Source: the human T2T-CHM13v2.0 reference genome, Homo sapiens. From it: a stretch of DNA of 64,000 nucleotides. This document shows positions 14,622-30,197 of this stretch, one piece after another. How positions within the stretch are numbered: position 1 is the stretch's first letter; each line of letters begins with the position of its first letter. The stretch is from assembly GCF_009914755.1 (NCBI RefSeq), contig NC_060945.1. The stretch is one strand, 5' to 3'. Both the position numbers and the translations under genes were made by a program. The notes under the pieces are model-generated. The model was not told the DNA's origin, made no database searches, and was given only the letters and a program-made list of their open reading frames with translations.

Positions 14622-14945
14622 GGCCGGATGCAGTGGCTCATGCCTGGAGTCCCAGAGATTCTGGAGGCCAAGATGGAAGGATTGCTGGAGGCCAGGAGTT
14701 CAAGACCAGCCTGGGCAACAGAGTAAGACCTTGTCTCTGTTAAAAACAAAAACAAACAACAAAAAACACACATAAAATTATTAGCTGGACCTGTTGGCAC
14801 ATGCCTGTAGTCCCAGCTACTCAGGAGGCTGAGGTGGGAGGATCGCTTGAGCCCAGGAGTTCGAGGCTGCAGTGAGCTGTGATGGCACTACTGCACTCCA
14901 GCCTGGGTAACAGAGCAAGACTCTGTCTCTAAATAAATCAATAAA
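14622..14945 (+). mobile_element. AluJ
   Basis: Full dimer. Confidence 0.93.
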
Positions 14946-14959
14946 TGAAACCAGGATGG

Positions 14960-15545
14960 CTAAATAGTAGCAAGCAGAGGCTTACCGGCAGTATCAGTTT
15001 GTGGCATGTACCGAAGGCGATATCCAGGGAGAGGGGAAGGACAGGTTGGGTTTTATGCCTCATGGGGCCCGTATCACACAATGGAGTCACAGATTCAGCA
15101 GGTCTGGGGGAAAAGCTATACATATTTCCAAGGGAGATTGAGCGCATGGGCAATAGGCAAACGTGTAACATGCATCCCATGTCCACTTGGGGGTGAGGTT
15201 CTAGCATTAAAATGAGGTGGATTTGGCTTTTGACTTCAAAAGGTGAGCTATAGGGCACAAAGTTGGTGCACACCCTGTCGGCGCTCAAGCTGGCCCCGGG
15301 TCTGCAGTGTTATGAGGAGAGCCGGTAGGGCCGCCCTCGGTCCCAGCAGAGTTGTAATGGTCTGTGTTGTAAATCAGAGTTAGGAGGGGTCTGACAACTT
15401 TCCTGTTAGTGCGGAGTTTAGCCCCAGTGTGGTTTGTCCTGCAGCTCAGGAATCTAGGGGGTTGCCTGCCCACTGAGCTTAGACCCTGGAGCCCAGGGAG
15501 CTCTTAATTGACAGAAGGGTGTCCTTTTGGTCTCAGATCATACCG
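14960..15545 (-). mobile_element. ERV1 solo LTR (MER34/MER39-like)
   Basis: gtaacatgcatcccatgtccacttggggtg...tgtccttttggtctcagatcata resembles this LTR group. Confidence 0.55.
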
Positions 15546-16399
15546 GTAACGCTCCTGCCAAGCAGCCCTGGACAGGGGCCCAGCCTACCGCCAGGAGCCA
15601 CCTGTCAAACGGCGGCTTAGGGGGTTTAAAAAGGAAATTAATCCCTCTTCAAGACCACATAGATAAACCTCTGGTTGGGAGGTGACAGCAAATCTTATCA
15701 AAGCAAATTGTCTAGACGTTTCGAGGAGCTCTAGGACGTGGACCTGCTCAATCTTTCTAGAAAGGCCTGCGGCTGCAGGGGCCAGGTTAAGGGGCCCCTT
15801 AACCTGCTTCAGAAGAGGCAAGACTGCGTCCTTCCCCGCTGCCCACTGGGACTGACTTGGAGGCCCGAGGAAGGATTTGTTCCCGCAGGGACCAAGTTCC
15901 CTCAGGCCACACCAGCCTGGGAACCAAAACAGGATTGCAGTGACAGAACACAGCGTCTCTGGCTCTGCGCCTACCCTGTTCTTGCTGTGCCCCCAGCGCT
16001 CTTGAAGCTGTGTCCTTCCCTGCCTGCCTCCCTCCAGCTGGGCCCCCCTCTCCAGCCACCCTGTCCTGCCCTCCTTCCCTCCCTGCCTGGGTCTTGTGGC
16101 TGCGGAGGCCAGAAAGTGGAGTGGCCCCTGTGTTACCACAAGTCCCGCAGGGCAGAGGAGGGGAGGAAGGGGGCGCGCAGGAAGCCTGGGAACACCCACC
16201 CTTCAGGGCTCAGGACAACCCCACTCCTGGACAGCCTCCAGCCCTGGCAGCGACAATCCTGGGCCCCGCCCAGTACTGCATGGGCACTGCCAAGACAGAG
16301 CTGGACACATGCCCACGGGGTAGAGTTTGATTTGGGGGCCATTTTTGCCCCTTTCTACAATGACGTTTTCTCTGACAAAATTTAGACTGTAATTTAAAA

Positions 16400-16790
16400 A
16401 ATAGTTTCTGACTGTGATGAGAAGGAAAAGGCAACATGCTTCCCAAACTAAGAGTATTTGAAGACTTTTTGAGTTCCTGTAATAATATACCAACTTCGCT
16501 TAGATTTAACAATTGTTTTTTGCTGAAACGTGGTATTTCCAAATTACTTCAGTCTGCATCTCTAAAAAATGACATTGTCTTGCTTATCCATTAATACCAT
16601 TATCACACCTTAAAGAGAATTAAAATCATTCCTTACTGGTGTCAAACACTTGATCCGTATTCAGTGTTCCCATTGTCCCCAAAATATTTTACTGCCAGTT
16701 TGTTCAAACCAGGATTCAATTAGGGTCCACGTGTTGTGTTTAGTTCGTTTCTTACCTCTCCTTAGATCTAGAACAGTTTGCTCTCTGTAT
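16400..16790 (-). mobile_element. Old L1 (L1MC-like) 3' end
   Basis: aataccattatcacacct...ttcaaaccaggattcaa. Confidence 0.65.
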
Positions 16791-16811
16791 TTTGGGTAAA
16801 AGAAAAATGTT

Positions 16812-17400
<589 letters not shown>

Positions 17401-17485
17401 TGGGCCGTTTCAATACTTAGCAGGCAGGTGCACCTCATTTCATCACGTTTCTCTTCGGGGTTTTCCTGCTTACCCTTGCTTTTAT

Positions 17486-17535
17486 TCACACACACACATA
17501 TATATACACACACACACGTATACAAGTATATATAA
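17486..17535 (+). repeat. (CA)n/(TA)n microsatellite
   Basis: Directly visible. Confidence 0.85.
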
Positions 17536-18356
17536 TTAACTGGAGTTGGGGGAATTAGCTGATAAGAGAACTGGCTAAACAATGTAGGAATCACCAATGC
17601 ACCCAGCAGTCACTACACCTGGAACTGATCCTGAGCACCCAACGAAGGGCCACTCCTACCCGCACCCCTCTGCTAAGACCCAGACCTCGTGGAGAGGGCT
17701 GCCGTCATGACTCATTCATGGGAGAGGGTGTGATCGTGACTCACTGGACGACAGAGGAGCTTGCTGAGGTGCTTCCCCAGCAAGACGTGACTGAAACCCA
17801 CCCTCTGCTGTGGGAATTGGCCCCCGGGGAGGTGCCACGTCTCAGAGCTCCCTGCTGGCTGCCTCGGGCAGTGCTGCAGAAGTCCCTGGGGGGGAACCTG
17901 TCTGGCTGCAGGCTCTCCAGCACTGCTCGTGGGAGGGTGATTGGCAGGTGTCCCATGGTCAGTGCTGTGCTGTGCAGTCACTAGGGTATGTGCCCAGGTA
18001 AATCCATCCGTGGGTGTTTCTCCTGCTGGCACTGGCTGGAAGCCACCCAGGGCTGGGGCTGTGCCATGGAGGCCGCTCATGGGGGGACTCACTGCTGGAA
18101 TGCCCAGGAAGCAATCCAGGGAGAAGCGACCAGCCCGCAGGACTGAGAGGGACTGATACCAAGTGAACTGAATTAATAATATGGGTGAAGTGTTCGTTTC
18201 ATTTTTTTTGAGAGGGAAAATAAAGATTCTTGGTTTCATTCTAACTACCTACTCACTTGCCAAATTGTTAGGGGGACTAGTGGCACTCTTAGTGTAGACT
18301 CTCAAAAACAGCTCAAGGATATTAAAGGACCTATTTTAAATGTAAAATTTGACCCG

Positions 18357-18558
18357 TTTTTTAAAACTTATATTTGTAGGTTCAGGGGTACGTGTGCAGG
18401 TTTGTTATATAGGTAAACTCATGTCATGGGCGTTTGATGTACAGATTATTTTGGCACCCAGGTATTAAGCCCAATGCCCAATAGTTATGTTTTCTGCTCC
18501 TCTCCCTCCTCCACTCTCGGGTAGGTCCCAGTGTCTGTTGTTCCCCTTTGTGTTCATG
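18357..18558 (-). mobile_element. L1PA/PB 3' end fragment adjacent to an older L1ME fragment (to ~18705)
   Basis: ggggtacgtgtgcaggtttgttatataggtaaac...cccaggtattaagcc. Confidence 0.8.
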
Positions 18559-19202
18559 AAAACTTGATCAGTTTTGATGTATGTATACCCTTATGTCATC
18601 ACACCACTATCAGAATGTCAATTTCATCTCCCCAAAAACTCCCTGTTCCCATTTCTGGTCCATCTTTCTCTCTGTCCCATTCCTAGGCAACCACTGATCT
18701 ACTCGTAGCATTTTCGATTGGTTAAAATAATATAGGAAAATCAATGCCTGAGAATAGCGAGAAAAGCACAAGGAAGAAGAGCAATTAGGGGTGGGGCGAC
18801 TTGCTTCACCAGATGTTGGAATATTCTTTGAAGCCACTGCAGTCTGATCAGTACGGTGTAGGTGCAGGAAGAGACAACTGGATTGGAGGAAGGACAGACC
18901 GGTTGAGACACAGCCCACTGCCTAGGAAGGGGACTGTGAAACAAGGAGCAGTTCTATCAGAGGCAGTCTGACAGGGGCCACCATGCATGGATACTTCTTT
19001 TAATGTGGTAGGGGCATGATTCAAGGATTGGCAGGATCCGAAGAGGAACAGGGTGGGCAGCTTCAGAGGAGGTAGCACTTGAGAAGGGTTTGGCATGATG
19101 CCTGCATTTGTTTGAGGACCAGTGCATGGGGATTAGGAGTTCAGGGAAGCTGTTCAAAGAACTGCATCAGCAAAGGTAGGAAGGTGTGAGTGGCATGCTT
19201 TG

Positions 19203-19726
19203 ATGGAGGCAGAATAGTGGCCAAAGCTGTCCATGTCCTACTCTCAAGAGCCTGTGACTGTTAGGTTACATAGCGAAGGGGAATTATGGTTGCTGATTAG
19301 CTCGCCTTGAGATGGAGGGGATGAGCCTAGGTTATCTGGATGGAGCCAGTGTCATCACAAGGGGCTGTATGAGCAGAGGAGGAAGGCAGGAGAGGGAGAC
19401 CCAGAGAGGCTGTAGCACGAGAAGGACTCGGTCCCATGCTGCTGGCTTTGAAGGTGGAGGAGGGGCCTCTAGAAGCTGGAAAAGGTAAGCACAGGGATTC
19501 TCCCCTTCAGCCTCCAGAAAGAAATGCCGTCCTGCCGACAGCTTGATTGGAGCTGAGTGAGTCCCATTTTGGACTTCTGACCTCCAGATAATAAGTTTGT
19601 GTTAATATCTGCTATGTACCAATAAAAACAAAAAATAACAGACTTAACAATGACAGCAAAAAATATTTTGTGTTAAGTCACTGACTTTGTGGTAATTTGT
19701 TACAGCAGCCACAAGAAACAAATACT
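19203..19726 (+). mobile_element. MLT1 (MLT1D-like) MaLR LTR
   Basis: ggcagaatagtggcc...ctctagaagctggaaaagg...tttgtggtaatttgttacagcagc. Confidence 0.85.
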
Positions 19727-20584
19727 AGCACAAAGTAGATCATATTGGTGGAAGAGTAAATCCAGTAGAAGGTGGGGAGAGATGAGGGCAGAGAGGGGAT
19801 CAGGGCCCAGATCATGAGGTCCTTGAGTGTCACCCTGGGCGCTTCATTCCATTGGCAATGTCAAGGATTTCTGTTTAAGGACCATGACTTTGGCTGGAGG
19901 GTTTGGAGGCAGAATAGAGTGCACTCTTTGTTAGACATTGGTGTCATTTCCATCTTGGTGACGTCGCTCCTTAGAATACTGTTATAGGAGAGGCATTAAT
20001 GAGTGTTGCTGCCATGGGATGTGAAAGGCTACACAGTCTTTACTCGACTTGCCCTTCTTATGCTTTTAATTTCAGGTTTTCTACAAAGTTTCACTTTACC
20101 TCCCCTTTTTATAGTCTGGCTTGACTTGGTGCCCTGAAGTAGAAGAGCTACAAGTGGCATCTGGGAGCCGTAAGAAAGAGCCACGGAGGAGAGGAGGACT
20201 TGGGCAGAAGGTGGCAGTGGGGGCAGGAGAGGTTTGCGCAGAGGGCAGATGGCTTCCTGCATCCGGGACCCCTTGGCACAGCATCTGTGACAGTCGTGGC
20301 CCATCTTGATCCAGACTCGAGCTAGAAAGCCTATGCCTGGCTCCTCTCAATACTCTGGAGACTATTCACGTGGCTCTCACCTCCACTGTCACCTCAGGGT
20401 TGAAGTAACCCAGGGAGTCTTTTCCTTATCATGAAAAGAGCCCAAACCATTCTTATTATTCATAATTATTATCATAATGATTACCTGGAAGTCTCTCATC
20501 TGAAGTTCATCTGACCCAATTTAATTAATGTCAGGGCTCAGGCAGGTCAACCCATGATTATTTTCGTGTTTACTCAAGTAGAAT

Positions 20585-20805
20585 TTTTGTTTATTTGTTT
20601 CTGAGGCAGGATCTTGCTCTGTCACCCAGACTGGAGTTCAGTGGCACGATCTCGGCTCACTGCAGCCTCCACCTCCCAGGCTCAAGTGATCCTCCCACCT
20701 CAACCTCCTGAGTAGCTGGGACTGCAGGAGTGTGCCACCACACCTAGCTAATTTTTTCCTATGTTTTGTAGAGATGGGGTCTCGCTATGTTGCCTAGGCT
20801 TGCTC
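20585..20805 (-). mobile_element. AluJ, partial
   Basis: Right arm plus part of the left arm. Confidence 0.88.
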
Positions 20806-20877
20806 AGGGAGATTTTTGTTGTAGACAGTAAGCAACACAAGTATTTGTTATTCAGTGACACATTAATAAGCTTGGTT

Positions 20878-21826
20878 AAAAGCCCTGTCTATCTCCTTCA
20901 GTTCTGCTCTAATCTTAGTTATTTCTTGTCTTCTGCTAGCTTTTGAATTTGTTTGCTCTTGCTTCTCTAGTTCTTTTAATTGTGATGTTAGGGTGTTGAT
21001 TTTAGATCTTTCCTGCTTTCTCCTGTGGGCATTTAGTGCTATAAATTTCCCTCTAAACACTGCTTTAGCTGTGTCCTAGAGATTCTGATACGTTGTGTCT
21101 TTGTTCTCATTGGCTTCAAATAACTTATCTATCTCTGCCTTAATTTAATTATTGTTAGAAATAAGTCTCAGAGTCCTAAGGAAAAATGAGCATTTAGACA
21201 AAGGATTTCTCAGCAAAGCAAATTTACTTCTATGCAGAAGGGTGTCTCCCATATGGCTGGTTGCCACGAGAGCACTTAGAACACAGGAGAGTAGAAGTTT
21301 TTATTCCTAATGCGACTCCTGCCCCTGTGTCCTTCCCCCATTGGCTGGGGTCAGACCGCACAATTTAAATTAGACCCGACTGGCTAAACGTTTAAACTTT
21401 CTTAGATAAGGTGGATGCATAATGGGAGAGAGGGGAGAGGAGGAAGGGGTCATCTGCGGGGAACTAGAGAGCCAGTCTTTTCCTAAATAAGGAAAGGAAT
21501 GTGAGCTGTTGTTGATAACGCCACTGGTGCTGTGGCATGCCTGAGCATGTAGTAAAGTTAGAAAAAAAAGGGGAAGAAAGGTGGGGGGTAGTACTTGGAA
21601 TTAAAGAATAAAAAGTTGAGCAGGCTGTTTGAAGAGAAACCTTGCCATATTTCACAGTTATTTACCCAGTAGTCATTCAGGAGTAGGTTGTTCAGTTTCC
21701 ACGTAGTTGTGTGGTTTTGACTTAGTTTCTTAATCTTGAGTTCGAAACCTACATGTTCTGCACATGTGTCCCAGAGCTTAAAGTACAAAACAAAAAATAA
21801 AAGGGAAAAAAAAAAGCCCTGTCTAT
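20878..21826 (+). mobile_element. 5'-inverted, internally deleted L1PA insertion, interrupted by an LTR
   Basis: 15-bp TSD aaaagccctgtctat (20878-20892 / 21812-21826). Antisense ORF2 piece ([11 protein letters not shown].., [15 protein letters not shown]) followed by the sense 3' end and polyA (~21745-21811). Confidence 0.92.
21153..21656 (-). mobile_element. ERV1 solo LTR (LTR10-like)
   Basis: TG...CA termini, TSD attat/gttat, splits contiguous L1 sequence; family assignment from recall. Confidence 0.75.
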
Positions 21827-22119
21827 TCTAGGGGTTACTGTTTTGCACAAGTGCTGTTCTCAAAATCACAGCAGGCCTTGGACCATGGCGTGGTACTAGC
21901 AAGAGGCTGCTGCTTTTAAGTTCAGCAGATTCTCACTCAGCTCCATGCAGAGCAGGGCCCCAGCCTCCTGCTCACTCCAGGGAACCCTGGGCAGCCGCCC
22001 TGTGCTGACATGGGTGGGCAGTGGGGCTGCGGTGGGTTCTGAGGCAGGTGGCAAGGGACATGGAGAAAACACACCCAGGTCTTCAGGTCCTGCTGTACAA
22101 AATGTCGTTGGTGTTGTCT

Positions 22120-22286
22120 TTATTTTATTTTAATTTTTTTTTTAGAGATGGAGTCTTGCTCTGTTGCTCAGGCTGGAGTGCAGTGATGCAATCATGGCTC
22201 ACTGCAGCCTCAGCCTCCTGGGCTCAAGCATCTCCCACCTCAGCCTCCCAACTAGCTGTGACCACAGGCATGCACCACCACACCCA

Positions 22287-22334
<48 letters not shown>

Positions 22335-22457
22335 TGGTAGAGATGGGGTCTCAGTATGTTGCCCAGGCTGGTCTCAAACTCCTGGGCTCAAGTCATCTCC
22401 CTGCCTCAGCCTCCTAAAGTACTGGGATTACTGGTGTGAGCTACTGCGCCTGGCCTG
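22120..22457 (-). mobile_element. AluJ with (TTA)~15 expansion in the linker (22288-22333)
   Basis: Reverse Alu; trinucleotide run visible. Confidence 0.92.
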
Positions 22458-22522
22458 GTGTTGTCTTTAATGTTTTTTGAATGTAGAAATGTTGATAAAG
22501 TTCTTGCTCTCAGGCTTTGTAA

Positions 22523-23025
<503 letters not shown>

Positions 23026-23424
23026 TGAAAGCTGTTAGAAGGAGATGCCTGTGGGGAGTTGAGCTCATCAGAACTGAATTTTTTATTTGTTCCTTACTCA
23101 AAAGTAGCAGCTGTTTATGCTTTGAGGGTAATAATTCTGCTTAGTACAGTAAACAATTATTTAATGCCTAGTGTCATGTTACCCTGAGTCTAAAATAATT
23201 ATCAATGGTAAGACGGACCATGAATTTATTATAACAGCTTTATAGGAAGAATTAAAAGAAACACCATGGCATAAATGGACCCATTGATTGTAAGACTGGT
23301 TCCAATATTAGAATCATTGTATTGTGAAAAAAAAGTGTGCTTTTGAGAATCGAGGGAAGAAGATATGTGTGGTGAGAGAAAAGGGCAAGAGTAGCCATAA
23401 AAATACGAATTCTCAGTATTAAAA

Positions 23425-23533
23425 CCCATTTATGCCTAGTGTTCCATTATTGGAATGCTAAGCATGTGGGAGTTATTTATATCCTACTGCTGAAGGTCAT
23501 CACCAAGGTCTGATTGCCTCAGGCATACATGGG
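23425..23533 (+). mobile_element. MER85 (non-autonomous piggyBac / PGBD3 MITE), internally deleted
   Basis: 13-bp TIRs cccatttatgcct / aggcatacatggg, internal palindrome gttccattattggaat, TTAA on the right flank. Confidence 0.9.
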
Positions 23534-23574
23534 TTAAGAACCCTTGCTTTGTCTGATGGCATTTCATATGTAGA

Positions 23575-23862
23575 CTCCCTCATGCTCTTCCCATCCTTTC
23601 CCATGAGTCCCCAAAGTCTATTGTGTCATTCTTAATGCCTTTGCATCCTCATAGCTTAGATCCCACTTTTGAGTGAGAACATACAATGTTTCGTTTTCCA
23701 TTTCTGAGTTACTTCACTTAGACTAATAGTCTCCAATCTCATCCAGGTTGCTGCGAATGTCATTAATCCATTCCTTTTTATGGCTGAGTAGTATTCCATC
23801 GTATATATATGCCACAGTTTCTTTATCCACTCATTGATTGATGGGCATTTGGGTTGGTTCCA
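23575..23862 (-). mobile_element. L1PB 3' fragment (older L1M continues to ~24560)
   Basis: gagtccccaaagtc...gagtgagaacata...gagtagtattccatcgtatatatatgccacagtttctttatccactc. Confidence 0.85.
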
Positions 23863-24693
23863 CCTATCTAGTTATTTTTGTAGAATAAATTCCTATAGGT
23901 AGAATTACTAAAAAGTGCATGCATGTTTACACTATAATGCTATTTCAAAGAGTCCTACTGACGGGGTTGTACCTTTCTCTAGACAGTATACCAGAATGTC
24001 CATTTCTATTTCAGCACGTACATTTCCCTCCCTCTTGTCATTTTTGCTTGGATGTACATACACTGGCTTGTGATAGGAGACTCAGTTTACATGTTTGTCA
24101 TTTTTCCTATTAGGTTGTTCCTCTTTTTCATTGATTTCTTTCATTTTCATTATCTTAAAATTATAAAATATGTAATACATATAAAAAGGTATGAACACTC
24201 TACTTGTGAACTTATTTACTCATCAAACACTTAAAGATAACATTATTCATGCAGCCAAAGCCACTTCTTACTGATTTTTCAGGCGCTTTTTACATATTAA
24301 TCACCCTTTGGCTGTTTTGTATATTGCAGATATGTTTCCTAGTTTGCCCTTTGTCTTTTCATTTGTCTATGATGTCTTTGACATATGAACATTATACGTT
24401 TTTATGCAATTATAAAGAATATGGTTTCCTTTATTGTTTTTTACTTTCCTGCCAGACTAAGAAGAACCTATGTGCTCCAGGATAATATAAACCCTCTCCA
24501 ATATTTTTCTCGACTTTTAAAACCTTGTTTGCATTTAAATGTTCTATCTATTTGGAACAGACAGTATGTGTGTATGTGTGTTGAGATAAAAATATAACTT
24601 TATATTACCAAGAAAATTGAGCATTGAGGTTAGAATAAACTTACCAAGTTGGCAATCTGAAAGTATATCACCTTAATGAATGCATTTCTGATA

Positions 24694-25050
24694 CGAATTG
24701 AACATTCCTAATCCAAAAACCTGAAATATGAAATGCTCCCAAATCCAAAACTTTTTGAATGCCAATATGATGCCACAAGAGGAAAAACTCACACCTGATC
24801 TCATGTAACAGGTCAAAGTGCAGTCAAAACTTTTTCATGCACATAATTATTTAAAATATTTATAAGATTACCTTCAGGCTATGTGTAATAGGTGTATATG
24901 AAACATAGATGAATTTTCTGTTTAGGCTTGTGTGGGTCTCATCCACAGGATATCTCATTATGCATATGCTAATATTCCAAAAATCAGAAAAAATCGGAAA
25001 TCTGAGACACTTCTGGTTCCAAGCATTTTGGATGAGGGATACTCAACTTG
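24694..25050. mobile_element. Tigger4/MER46-like Tc1-mariner MITE
   Basis: Inverted ends (ttgaacattcctaatcc / ggatgagggatactcaacttg) with TA flanks. Confidence 0.85.
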
Positions 25051-25346
25051 TATTACTGGAGAGGTTGAACCTCTTCATTCTGTTTTTCTTGAGTTCTCTC
25101 TTTGAAATATTTTATTATACAAAAGTAATGTAATGAATTTATCTGTATTCATGACTTAGCTTCAACAATTGTCAACTTAATAATTCATCTCTATCTCTAC
25201 CACTCCCCACCCTGTATTCTGTTGAACCAAATCTCAACATGTTATTTTATCTGTAAGTATTTCACTATGTGTCTCTAAAACATAAGCAAGGGCTTTAAAG
25301 AAATATAATCATAATACCATTATCATACCTTAAGATATAATTGTTT

Positions 25347-26127
25347 TATATTTTATTTTTATTTTAAGCTCTGAGGTACATGTGCAGGATGTGCAGTTTG
25401 TTACATAGGTAAACGTGTGCCATGGTGGTTCGCTGCACCTATCAACCCATCACCTAGGTATTAAGCTCAGCATGCATTAGCTATTTGTCCTAATGCTCTT
25501 CCTCCTCTCACCCAACCCCAACAGGCCCCAGTGTATGTTGTTCCCCTCCCAGTCTCCGTGTATTCTCACTGTTCACTTCCCACTTATAAGTGAGAACATG
25601 TGGTGTTTGGTTTTCTGTTCCTGCGATAGTTTGCTGAGGATAATGGCTTCCAGCTCCATCCATGTGCCATGCAAATGACATGATCTTGTCCCTTTTTATG
25701 GCTGCATAGTATTCCATGGTGTAAATGTACCACATTTTCTTTATCTAGTCTATCACTGATGGACATTTTGGGTTGATTCCATGTCTTTGCTATTGTGAAT
25801 AGTGCTGCAATGAACATATGCATGCATGTATCTTTATAATTGAATGATTTATATTCCTTTGGGTATATATCCAATAATAAGCAATAATGGGATTGCTGGG
25901 TCAAATATAAGCAATAATGGGATTGCTGGGTCAGATGGTACTTCTGGTTCTAGATCTTTGAGGAATCATCACACCATCTTCCACAATGGTTGAACTAATA
26001 TATATTTCCACCAACAGTGTAAAAGCCTTCCTATTTCTCTTCAACCTTGCCAGCATCTCTTGTTTCCTGACTTATCAATAATCACCATCCTGACCAGCGT
26101 GAGACGGTATCTCACTGTGAGTTTGAT
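25347..26127 (-). mobile_element. 5'-truncated L1PA inserted into an older L1MC
   Basis: L1 3' end and ORF2 C-terminus ([14 protein letters not shown]); 14-bp TSD agatataattgttt (25333-25346 / 26128-26141). Confidence 0.93.
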
Positions 26128-26489
26128 AGATATAATTGTTTAATATGATCACATATTAGATCAGTGTTTAAATTTCTCATTGTCTTATAAATGTCCAAAT
26201 AAGTTTCATATGTTGGAGTTGGTTAATATAGCTCTAAATCTCGTTAATTTCATAGACCCCTTTCTATCTCTTTTCTTTTTCCTGCAATTTGTTTTGAATA
26301 CATTATTTTTAATTTATTCCTTATTCTGTAGAATCTCCTAGAGTCTGGGTTTTGCTGATTGCATCTTTGTGGTGGTGTTTAACATGTTTCTTTTTCTTCT
26401 GGTTTTTTAGAAGATTGGTAGTTGGATCTAAAGGATTGTTCATATTCAAATGTGACGTTTGGGGGTCAGTTCTATAGGTAATATTGATC

Positions 26490-26990
26490 TCACCCTCTTT
26501 TTCCCAATATTTATTATAAAAAATTTCAAACATACAAAAAAATGGAAAGACCTGTATAGTGAACACTAATATACTTACCATCTTGATCATATAATTAGCA
26601 TTTTGCTATATTTCCTTTATCACATTCTATTCATCTCTCATCTCTTTATCCATCCCTCAACCTTCTTATTCTTCTTTATTTCAAGTAAGTTTATCAGTAG
26701 AGTTCACCTATAAACACTTCAGTGTGCATATCATTAATTAGAGTTCACATTTATTTATGGTTTTTGTTTTTTAGGTAAAATATACAGAGAGTGAAATGCA
26801 CAAATATTAAGTGTACATTTAACGTGTATTGACCTTTGTAACCAACACCTGTCAAGATACAGAAATTGTCATTACCCTAGAAAGATTCCTCATCCTCCTA
26901 CTGAGTCCCTACCTGCAACACTCGGAGGCAACCACTATTCTGATATTTTTGCCACAGATTAATTTTGCTTCTTATGAAACTTCATATACT
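26490..26990 (-). mobile_element. Old L1ME 3' fragments
   Basis: gtgaaatgcacaaatattaagtgtac...ggaggcaaccactattctga. Confidence 0.65.
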
Positions 26991-26999
26991 GGAAAACAA

Positions 27000-29780
<2,781 letters not shown>

Positions 29781-29919
29781 AGTAATAAATATGTACTAAA
29801 GTAGTCTTTTCAAATTACTTATATTTATTATAGATTTAACACAACAAATGCAAAATTAGCTAAACTTGTTTTTACTATACATGTGATACACTGTGTGTGT
29901 GTGTGAATGTGGATGCCAC

Positions 29920-30197
29920 ACAGGGTTTTGCTCTGTCACTCAGGCTGAAGTGCAGTGGCTTGATCATGGTTCACTGCATTCTTGACCTCCTGGGCACAAG
30001 TGATCCTCCCACCTCTGCCTCCCGAGTAACTGGGACTATAGGCGTGCCCCACCACACCTGGCTAATTTTTGTAATTTTAGTAGAGATAGGGTCTCGTTGT
30101 GTTGCCCAGGCTGGTCTCGAACTCCTGGGCTCAAGTGATCCTCCTGCCTCGGCCTCCCAAAGTGGTGGGATTGCAGACATGAGCCACCGTGCCCAGC
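29920..30197 (-). mobile_element. AluJ
   Basis: Reverse dimer. Confidence 0.92.

Noticed and set aside
15585-16385. 204-aa and 215-aa overlapping antisense ORFs
   Set aside because: Compositional (Pro/Gly/Leu-rich) with no recognisable protein
20863-21060. L1 ORF2-like peptide as a functional gene
   Set aside because: Short inverted fragment of a dead L1
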